Origin: Thermoleophilia bacterium
GTDB lineage: Bacteria; Actinomycetota; Thermoleophilia; Gaiellales; SKUG01
Assembly (NCBI GenBank): GCA_025964555.1
Contig: JAOPYQ010000009.1
Span: 166,265-230,264 of the forward strand
Direction of reading: 5' to 3'
Length of the DNA: 64,000 bases
The notes beneath the pieces are model-generated. The model did not search any database. It was not told where the DNA came from and worked only from the letters and a program-made list of their open reading frames with translations. Made by a program: the position numbers and the translations under genes. Shown piece after piece: positions 29,434-38,100 of the stretch (position 1 is the first letter of the stretch; each line of letters begins with the position of its first letter).

Positions 29434-30306
29434 ATGGACCTGACGCTCGTCACCTGCCTCGACATGCCCCAGCCCGACCTGGACGAGCAGCCGCTGCTCG
29501 ATGCGCTCGCCGGCGCCGGGATCGAGGCGCGCGTCGCCGCGTGGGACGACCCGGCGGTCGACTGGAACGAGACGAAGCTCACCGTCATCCGCTCGACCTG
29601 GAACTACACGGCCGATCGCGACGCGTTCCTCGCGTGGGCGCGCACGACCTCGGCGGCCAAGACGACGCTGCGCAACTCGCTGTCCGCGATCGTCCCCAAC
29701 ACGCACAAGTCGTACCTGGCCACGCTCGAGCGCAACGAGGTGCCCGTCGTGCCGACGCGCTGGTTCATGCGAGGCGGCACGCCCGGAGATGCCGACGCGA
29801 TCCGCTCGCTGCCATGGGAGCGCGTCGTCGCGAAACCGGCGGTCGGCGCGGGCTCGGTCGGCGTGCGCGCATTCGACCTGACGCGCGACGACGAGATCGA
29901 GGCGGCCGCCGCGCACGTGACCGCCCTGCAGGCGACCGGCGACGTGCTCGTGCAGCCGCGCCTCGCCTCCATCGCCGACGAGGGCGAGCGCAACGTCGTG
30001 TGGATCGGCGGGGACTTCACGCACACGGTGCGCAAACGCGAGCGTCTCGATGGGGACGATCCAGGCGTCGTGGGCGTGAGCTCCGTCAGCGACGACGAGC
30101 AGCGCCTCGCACGCCGCGCGCTGCGCACGCTGCCGGCGTTCGCGAACTTCGAGGTCCTCTACGCACGCGTGGACATGGCGACCGACGAGCTCGGCGACCT
30201 GCGCGTGGTCGAGCTCGAACTCGTGGAGCCGTACCTGTTCCTGACCGAGCACGAGCCGGCGATGGAGCAGATGGTGGCGGCGCTCGTGCGCGACTGCGCG
30301 CGCTGA
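29434..30306 (+). CDS. RimK-like ATP-grasp protein
   Basis: IRSTWNY, HKSYL, KPAVGAGS, YARVD, ELELVEP.LF. Confidence 0.85.
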   Translation: MDLTLVTCLDMPQPDLDEQPLLDALAGAGIEARVAAWDDPAVDWNETKLTVIRSTWNYTADRDAFLAWARTTSAAKTTLRNSLSAIVPNTHKSYLATLERNEVPVVPTRWFMRGGTPGDADAIRSLPWERVVAKPAVGAGSVGVRAFDLTRDDEIEAAAAHVTALQATGDVLVQPRLASIADEGERNVVWIGGDFTHTVRKRERLDGDDPGVVGVSSVSDDEQRLARRALRTLPAFANFEVLYARVDMATDELGDLRVVELELVEPYLFLTEHEPAMEQMVAALVRDCAR

Positions 30307-30348
30307 TCCGGCGCGGCGCGGGGGGCGAATGCGCCCAGAAGATCGAAA

Positions 30349-30401
30349 TGCCGCCGGTAGCGGGTGCGGCCCCGAGTGGGTCGCGCCTGCTGCCAGCGGC
30401 A
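30349..30401. ncRNA. Candidate hairpin small RNA or terminator
   Basis: 24-bp stem with 5-nt loop; minus-strand TTGTGC-N16-TACAGT just upstream. Confidence 0.35.
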
Positions 30402-30608
30402 ACAGAGATCACTGTAGCGTGCCCCCAGCGGCGCACAATGGGTAGGCCACCGGTTGGCCTCTTTTCTGGTCGCGGCCGCGTCGTCGATCCCGGAAATCGA
30501 CGTCCACACGTCGGTTTTGGTGCGAGCGGATGTCGAACGCTTCGCGCGGCTCATGCGGATGTCCCCTGCGACCGACGCCTGCGCTACTGATGAGGGACCC
30601 CCACCGCG

Positions 30609-33600
30609 ATGCGATACGACCTCGACACCCGCCGCCATTCCGGCTCCGCCACCGACCTCGCCAACCACGCGAGGTGCGAGTTCCTGACCGATCGCGCACG
30701 CGAGCTCGCCGTCGCGATCGCCGAAGGGCGCGCCGAGCGCGAGACCAAGCGCTCGCTCGTGATCGAGAAGGGCCGCGAGTTCGAGGCGTCCTACGTCGCG
30801 CGCCGACGCGCCGAGGTCGAAGCCGCCGACGGCAGGTTCATCGACTGCTCCGAGGTCGGTGACGATCTCCGCGCGCACCGGCTCGCATGCGAGCAGGCGA
30901 TGCGCGACGGCATCGAACTGATCGCCCAGGCCCCGATGCGATCGGCATCCCTGTTCGGCTACGCCGACCTGCTCGAGCGCATAGCCGACGCCGACATCGC
31001 CAGCGGCTCGCTCGACACCGTGCACCGCTACGAACCGGTCGAGATCAAGTACGCGCGCAGCACGCGCCCCGAACACCTGCTCCAGGCGAGCGCGTACGCC
31101 GACGCGCTCGAGCTGCTGCAGGGCGTCGCGCCGCGCGAGATCCACGTCGTCACCGGCGACGGCGCACGCCACGACTTCCAGACCTCCGAGTACGTCGAGT
31201 ACTTCAGGGCGGCGCGCGAGCGATTCGTCGCCGCACTCGAAACCGACCTGCCGACAGCGCTCGAGCGCATGCCGGAACCGGTGGCGCACTGCGCCGGGTG
31301 CGACTTCGCGGACGTGTGCCAGGCACGCTGGGTCGAGGCCGACCACCTGTCACTGGTGGCGGGCATCCGTACCGACCAGCGCGGCAAGCTGCACACCGTC
31401 GGCATCGAGACGCTCGCCCAGCTCGCCGCCACGGAACTCGAGCACGTGCCGGGGATCGGACGTGCGACCCTCCCCCGCCTCGTGACGCAGGCGCGCCTGC
31501 AGCGCGATTCGCGAGACGGCGATGCGGCCGACACCGCGATCGCCTACCGCCGACCCGGCGACGACGAACCCAGCGGCCGCGGCTTCGCGATGCTGCCCGA
31601 CCCGCACGTCGACGACATGTTCTTCGACTTCGAGGGCTACCCCTACCACGAGCGCGGTGCGCTCGAGTACCTGTGGGGGTGGACCACGCGCAGCGCCGAC
31701 GGCGAGCTGTCGTTCGACCACATCTGGGCAGACGACCCGGCGGCCGAGGCGGCGGCGTTCGCCGCGTTCCTGGACGAGGTCGAGGCGCGGCGCGAGCGCT
31801 CAGGCGGTCGCATGCACGTCTTCCACTACGCGCCGTATGAGATCACCGCGTTGCGCCGCCTGGCGAAGGAGCACCCGCACGAGATGCCCCGACTCGACGC
31901 GCTGCTGCGCCAGGGCGTGTTCGTCGACCTGTACGCGGTCGTTCGCCAGGCGATGCAGGTGGGGCGCCCGAGCTACTCGATCAAGCAGCTCGAACCGCTG
32001 TACGGGATCAGCCGCGCAGGCGACGACCTCGCCGACGGCGGCGCATCCATCGAGGTGTACGAGCAGTGGCTCAACGACGGTGACTCGCGCGTGCGCGAGA
32101 CGATCATCGACTACAACCGCGTCGACTGCGACAGCACGCTCGCGCTGCGCGACTGGCTGCTCGAGCATCGCGACCTCGCTCGCACGCTCGACGGGATCGT
32201 CTGGCCACCGGCGCTCGAGCCCGACGCGAACGATGACGAGCCGAGCGATGAGCCGTCCAGCGAGCCGAGCGAGACCAGGACACTCGTCGAGCGCCTGGAG
32301 CGGATCGCCGAAGACGAGGCGCATGGCGACGACGTGCGTCTCGCTGCGCGGCTGCTGAGCGCCATGCCCGGCTGGCAGCGCCGCATCAGTCGCGAGTTCT
32401 TCGGTGACCTGCACGGGCGCAAGCACGACCGCCACCCCGAAGACGACGTGACCGACCCGAACGTGCTCGCCGACCTGCGGCTCGTCGGTGTCGACGAAGC
32501 GCCGAAGGGCGCACGGCCCGGCACGATCGAGCGCACGTATCGGTTCCCCGACCAGGTGCACATGGTCGAGGTGGGACACGACGCGATCGATCCCGCGGTG
32601 GTCGAGACGGTCGGCTCGGTGCGCGCACTCGACGTGGACGAGTGCACGGTCACGATTCGCACGAGCACGGGCCAGGCCGACAAGCTCAAGGCCGTGCCGC
32701 GCGACTGGCAGCCGCGCTCGATCATCGGCTGGACGGAGATCAGCGTGTTCCCGCTCGAGCAGGCCGCGAAGGGCGTGGCCCAGCAGCTGCTCGATTGTCT
32801 CGACGCCGGGCGAGATCCGTTCGCACCCGGCGAACGCTGTGCGGCGGCACTCTCGGTGCTCGCGCGTCGCCCCACGCGGGTGACGAGCGGCGGCGGTCCC
32901 GAGCTCGTCGGCGACCCGCCCGACATCGGTCGCGTCGCCGACCTGATCCGTCGCGCCGAAGGCTCGCACGTGATCGTGCAGGGCCCGCCGGGCACCGGCA
33001 AGACGTACACGAGCGCACGGCTCATCGCCGAGCTCGTCGAATCCGGGCTTCGCGTGGGGATCTCCTCCAACTCGCACGACGCGGTCATCAACGTGCTGTG
33101 CGGCATCGACAAGCTGCGCGAGGAGCGCCTCCGAGATGGTTGCCCGCTCACGCTGCGCGCCGCCTACGCGCTCCGTCACGGGGAGAAGGCGCCGGGCACG
33201 TTCGGCTTCGGCGACGACTGGATCGAGCGACCTCGTTCGACGAACGATGCGGTGTCGATGCTGGCGGACGGCGACGTGCAGGTCCTCGCCGGCACGGCGT
33301 GGGCGCTGGCCAAGAGCGAGCTGCTCGACGTGCTGCTCGTGGACGAGGCCGGGCAGGTGTCGTTGCTGCACCTCACCGCGATGGCGTCGGGTGCACGTCG
33401 CGTCGTGTTGGTGGGCGATCCACAGCAGCTGCCCCAGCCGGCCGAGGTGCAGCATCCGCACGGCTGCGGAGCGTCGGCGCTCGAGCACCTGTTCGGCGAC
33501 GAGCCGGTGCTGCCGCATGAACGCGCCGTGCTGCTGCCCGAGACGCGCCGCATGCACCCGGACGTGTGCGAGTTCATCTCGACGACCTACTACCGGGGCG

Positions 33601-34157
33601 AGCTGCGGTCACATCCTTCGACTGCGATCCAGCGCGTCGATGCTGCGCACGCCGCGGTGCCGACGAGCGGCACGCACCTGTTGCGCGTCGACCACGTCGG
33701 CAACCGCGCGAGCTCGCCCGAGGAAGTCGAAGCGATCCGCGTGCTCGTCTCGCAGCTGCTCGATGGCGGGCGCGTCGTGCCACACCCGGACGAGGCAGAG
33801 CGGCCGATCCAGCCCGAGGACATCATCGTCGTCGCGCCCTACAACGCCCAGCGCCGCGCGCTTCGACGTGCGCTCGGCGATGACATCGCCGTCGGGACCG
33901 TCGACAAATTCCAGGGCCAGGAAGCGCCGATCGCGATCGTGTCGATGACCGCCTCCAGCCGCGACGAGCTGCCACGCGGCCTGGAGTTCCTGCTCGATCC
34001 GCACCGCCTCAACGTTGCGATCAGCCGCGCGCGCGCACTGTCGATCGTCGTCGCGAGCCCGGCGCTGCTCGCCACCAGCGCCACGTCGCTGCGCGAGATG
34101 CGCCTGCTCAACGACCTCGTGCGCTTCGCACGCACGTCCACCGATCGGTCGAGCTGA
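30609..34157 (+). CDS. TM0106-family RecB-like nuclease + RNase H-like + SF1B helicase
   Basis: ADLL...VEIK, CAGC....C, FFDFEG, YSIKQLE, GPPGTGKT, DEAGQ, GTVDKFQGQE, RLNVAISRA. Confidence 0.9.
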   Translation: MRYDLDTRRHSGSATDLANHARCEFLTDRARELAVAIAEGRAERETKRSLVIEKGREFEASYVARRRAEVEAADGRFIDCSEVGDDLRAHRLACEQAMRDGIELIAQAPMRSASLFGYADLLERIADADIASGSLDTVHRYEPVEIKYARSTRPEHLLQASAYADALELLQGVAPREIHVVTGDGARHDFQTSEYVEYFRAARERFVAALETDLPTALERMPEPVAHCAGCDFADVCQARWVEADHLSLVAGIRTDQRGKLHTVGIETLAQLAATELEHVPGIGRATLPRLVTQARLQRDSRDGDAADTAIAYRRPGDDEPSGRGFAMLPDPHVDDMFFDFEGYPYHERGALEYLWGWTTRSADGELSFDHIWADDPAAEAAAFAAFLDEVEARRERSGGRMHVFHYAPYEITALRRLAKEHPHEMPRLDALLRQGVFVDLYAVVRQAMQVGRPSYSIKQLEPLYGISRAGDDLADGGASIEVYEQWLNDGDSRVRETIIDYNRVDCDSTLALRDWLLEHRDLARTLDGIVWPPALEPDANDDEPSDEPSSEPSETRTLVERLERIAEDEAHGDDVRLAARLLSAMPGWQRRISREFFGDLHGRKHDRHPEDDVTDPNVLADLRLVGVDEAPKGARPGTIERTYRFPDQVHMVEVGHDAIDPAVVETVGSVRALDVDECTVTIRTSTGQADKLKAVPRDWQPRSIIGWTEISVFPLEQAAKGVAQQLLDCLDAGRDPFAPGERCAAALSVLARRPTRVTSGGGPELVGDPPDIGRVADLIRRAEGSHVIVQGPPGTGKTYTSARLIAELVESGLRVGISSNSHDAVINVLCGIDKLREERLRDGCPLTLRAAYALRHGEKAPGTFGFGDDWIERPRSTNDAVSMLADGDVQVLAGTAWALAKSELLDVLLVDEAGQVSLLHLTAMASGARRVVLVGDPQQLPQPAEVQHPHGCGASALEHLFGDEPVLPHERAVLLPETRRMHPDVCEFISTTYYRGELRSHPSTAIQRVDAAHAAVPTSGTHLLRVDHVGNRASSPEEVEAIRVLVSQLLDGGRVVPHPDEAERPIQPEDIIVVAPYNAQRRALRRALGDDIAVGTVDKFQGQEAPIAIVSMTASSRDELPRGLEFLLDPHRLNVAISRARALSIVVASPALLATSATSLREMRLLNDLVRFARTSTDRSS

Positions 34158-34182
34158 CGCATCCCGCGCGGGGACGTGAATG

Positions 34183-34701
34183 TCAGGCGTTGGCGAGCTC
34201 GCGCTCGAGGATCTCCTCGAGGCGGTCGTATGTCTCGCTCGCGCCGTTCTCCATGCCGCTCGAGACGACGGCCTGCGCCGCTTCGACGGAGCCGTAGTCG
34301 GACACGACGCGCAGGAGCGTGCCGCCATCCTGCTCCGTGAGTGTCAGTCGCTCGGTCGAGATCGCGCCCGGCATGCCCATGAACTCGAACGTCTGCGTGA
34401 GCGCGTTCGGAGGATCGATCTCCAGGTACTCGCCGCGGAAGACGTACTCGGTTCCATCGGGGTCGATGTTCTTCGCCTGCCACTTCCCGCCGACGCGCAT
34501 GTCCATCTCGACGAGTTCGGTGGTGTAGCGGCGCGGTCCCCACCACTCGTGGAAGAGCTCGGGGGTGGTGAGGATGCGAAAGACGAGTTCGCGCGGCGCA
34601 TCGAAGAAGCGCTCGAGGGTCGCTGAGCCGTCGCCGTTCTCGCTGATCGTCATGGCGCGCTTGCCGCCGGTGTTCACCTCGCGGGCCTTGGTGGTCGTCA
34701 T
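34183..34701 (-). CDS. SRPBCC/AHSA1 domain protein
   Basis: R.FDAPRELVF, WWGP, D.RVGG.W, GME.G. Confidence 0.85.
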   Translation of the reverse strand: MTTTKAREVNTGGKRAMTISENGDGSATLERFFDAPRELVFRILTTPELFHEWWGPRRYTTELVEMDMRVGGKWQAKNIDPDGTEYVFRGEYLEIDPPNALTQTFEFMGMPGAISTERLTLTEQDGGTLLRVVSDYGSVEAAQAVVSSGMENGASETYDRLEEILERELANA

Positions 34702-35021
34702 GGTTCCATTCCCTTGTGTCGTTCGATGACGTCGGCGAGGCGATCAAGACGTTCACTCCACGTGTCGATCCAGGTCGCCGCGTCATCCAGTCGTCGCGGG
34801 CCGAGCTCGCACACGCGTGCGCGACCCACCTTCCTCGTGGTCACCAGCTCCGCCTCCTCGAGCACGCTGACGTGCTTCTTCATGCCCGTCAGCGTGATCC
34901 CGACGGGCTGCGCGAGTTCGCTGATCGTGGCGTTGCCTGCCGAGAGCCGCTCGAGGATGCCTCGGCGGGTCGGATCGGCCAGTGCCGCGAACGTGCGATC
35001 GAGGTGTTGATACTGAACCAC
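34698..35021 (-). CDS. ArsR/SmtB family regulator
   Basis: FAALADPTRR.IL, KH..VLE.A.LV. Confidence 0.9.
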   Translation of the reverse strand: MVQYQHLDRTFAALADPTRRGILERLSAGNATISELAQPVGITLTGMKKHVSVLEEAELVTTRKVGRARVCELGPRRLDDAATWIDTWSERLDRLADVIERHKGMEP

Positions 35022-35033
35022 ATGGTTCAGTAT
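35010..35033. promoter_or_regulatory. ArsR autoregulatory operator
   Basis: Perfect ATACTGAACCA-ca-TGGTTCAGTAT spanning the start codon. Confidence 0.75.
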
Positions 35034-35099
35034 AGCGTGAAGTTGACCGCGAACGACCCCGCAGCGAGAACGGTTTCGTTGGTTCCGACGAAATGTGGC

Positions 35100-35127
35100 T
35101 TACGCGACCGGACTAACCTGCCGATAT
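35100..35127 (+). promoter_or_regulatory. Sigma28/WhiG-like promoter
   Basis: TTACG-N15-GCCGATAT, ATG 9 nt downstream. Confidence 0.5.
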
Positions 35128-35136
35128 CTACTGTCC

Positions 35137-38100
35137 ATGCCCAGCGCTTCCTCCCCTCGCGCTCGGCGCGCATTCCGTTTCTATTCGCTCGCTGCAGCGA
35201 CGTGTTCGCTCCTCGCGCTCGTGGGGTCTTCTGCTGCGTTCGGACATGCGGGGCACGTGCACCCGACGGTCGGTCCGCCGGCTCCCGATTCGCTCTGGCC
35301 GGGCGCCCCGGCCGCGCGCGACGCGCATGAGCAGGCGAGTTTCCAACAGGCGCTGCAAGACGCACCTCCCGAGGTCGACGGGGAGTGCACGCGCGCGGTC
35401 GACATCGAAGGTGTCGGTCGCGGATGTCGCACCGAGGATGGCCTGCTGCGAATAGCGCTCGCCGATGGCAGCGACATGCTGACGCACGGCCCAGATTACG
35501 TTGACGCGGCGACTGATATCGAGCCCGACACAACCGCGCCCCACATCGCTTCCGCCGTGCAGAACGCGAGCAAGTCAGACATATCCTGCGTAACATCGGC
35601 CGAGGCGCCAACGACCCCGCACACCAAGCTCGTCTACGCAGTTCCGGCCGACGGCATCGATCGCTCCGCGACCAAGGTCCCCGCGTTCCGCCAGAGCACT
35701 TACGAAGCCTCAGCGGTCATCGACAACACCGCTCGCAAGCTTGGTGGCACAACCGGACGACGCATCAACGTGTTGTGCGACGGAGCAGGCAATGCCGACG
35801 TCACGGTCCTGCGACTGCCGCGAGTCTCGTCTACCTACGCGTTCGACTCAAACGCCGGTTTCGGCTTGATTCGGTCCGACATTCCGGCGCAGCTGGGCAT
35901 CGGCAGCGCCACCAAGGTGCGGTTCCTCGTGTACTACGACGCCCACCTCGGCGGATTCTCCGGCATCGGCAGCCTCTACAGCGACACCACCGCTGGCGCG
36001 ACGAACAACAACAATCTTGCTCGAGCGATGGCGCTGCAGGACAACTCGGGTGGTTCGGGTCCGAGCTGGTACGTGCTGCTGCACGAGATCTCGCACAACA
36101 TGGGCGCCGTCCAGAACGGCATGCCCGATGCGAATGGCTACACCCACTGCAATGACGGCCGCGACGTCATGTGTTACGCCGAGGGCGCACAGCCCTACGT
36201 GACGACGGCGTGTCTCGAGCTGCAGTACGACTGCGACGCAGACAGCTATTTCAACCCTGTGCCAACGGGGGTATCCCCGCTTGCTACCAACTGGAACAGC
36301 GCCGCGACCTACAACCGGTACCTGCAGTCCTACGCTGCCGCCGTCGACACGACCCCGCCCGCCTCGCCGACAGGCCTCGTCGGCTCGGGACACGGCGACT
36401 TCTACAGCCTGTCGTGGACCGGTGTGGCCGATCCCGATCTCCACACATACCGGATCGAACGCGATATCGGCGGCGGTGTATGGAGAACGGTGGACGATTC
36501 CTGGGACGGCGCGACCTCAGTCGACGTCACGTGGACAGGGATCACGTCGAGTTCCTCCCACTCGCTGCGAGTGCGCGCTTATGACATGCGAGGCAATCTC
36601 AGCGCTCCGTCAAATGTGCTGTCCCTGCTCCCCCGCGGGTCGACGGACGGGTCCGAACCCGTGATCGGCGGTCCTGCCCCCGCCCCGCCGACCAACCTCG
36701 TCGTGGGGTCGACGACCGCGAGTTCCATTCTGCTCCAGTGGTCGAAGGAGGGAAGCTCCGGAAGCGGCTTCGAGCTCTGGCGATATGACGACGCCTGGGA
36801 CGAGTGGTACCGCTCGTATTGGAGTACGGGCGGGGACGCCATCAACGTCACCGGACTGACGTCATCCGCGCGATACCAATTCCGGGTTCGCCTCGTCGAC
36901 GAAGGCGGTCGCACGTCACCGTTCGCCGACGTCAGTGGTTGGACAACGAACCCCGCAGACGTGAGCGCCCCAGACATGCCGTCCGGCCTGTCGATCACGT
37001 CGACCGTTGGCAACGTGCCCACCGTGTCGTGGAATCCGGTCCCGGGTGCCGCCGATTATGTGGTCACCGCGGAACTCACAGCAGGCGTCCATACCGAACA
37101 GGCGATCGTCTCAGGGACTACGTTCGCTGTGACCGGGTTCCCATTCGGGGTATCGGGCCGTGCGATCCGCGTCAGCGCACGCGACGAGAGCGGGAACCGG
37201 TCCTCATTTGCCGGTACGACGTTCAGCACCGGCACGGCTCCGGATACCCAATCGCCAGGAGCGCCTGTGCTCGTGACGAGGTCGACGATATTCAACACGT
37301 CGGTTGCCGGCATCGACTGGAACGGACCCGCTGACAGCGACATCGCGGGTTACCGAGTGCTAGCCGCGCGACAGTCCACTCCATTCGAATACCAGGTCGC
37401 CGCCACGACGAACGCATCGACCACCATCGCGGATGCCGTCGGACTTGTTCCCGGCACCGCCTACAACATCACTGTCGAGACGTTCGACACTTCCGGATAT
37501 GTGACCCGGGCGAACTCAACGTTTCCCGTCATCACGAATGCAGACGGTGCTGCACCCACCACACCCACAGGGCTCGTCGCGAGCAGTCAGACACCTACCT
37601 CGATTCGGCTCGACTGGGCCGCGTCAACAGACGATTCAGGCGTTGCCAGCTATCGCGTGTACCAGACCTCTCCCAATGCCGGGGTGGTAGCGACCGTGAC
37701 TCATCCCACGGCGAACGTCACGATCTCCGGACTTGCTGCCTCGACGTCGTACACGTTCGATGTGCAAGCGGTCGATGTAGCGGATGTCGTATCGGCGCAC
37801 TCATCTTCGGTCACGACGTCGACGACGGCGAGCGGACCTGACAACACACCACCGACCACTCCGGGAACGCCGACAGCAAGCAATCTCGCGGGACATGGTG
37901 TGACACTGACCTGGACCGCTTCTACGGACGCAGTCGGAGTGGCCGGATACCGCGTCGAACAAACGGCACCAGTGATTGCCCAGCCCGTGCTCACGACGAC
38001 AACGGGGCTGACCTACGACGTCGCTCCGTTGATCGATGCGACGACATATACATTCCGCGTCGTGGCGTTCGATGCGGCGGGCAATCAGACGCCGTCCTCG

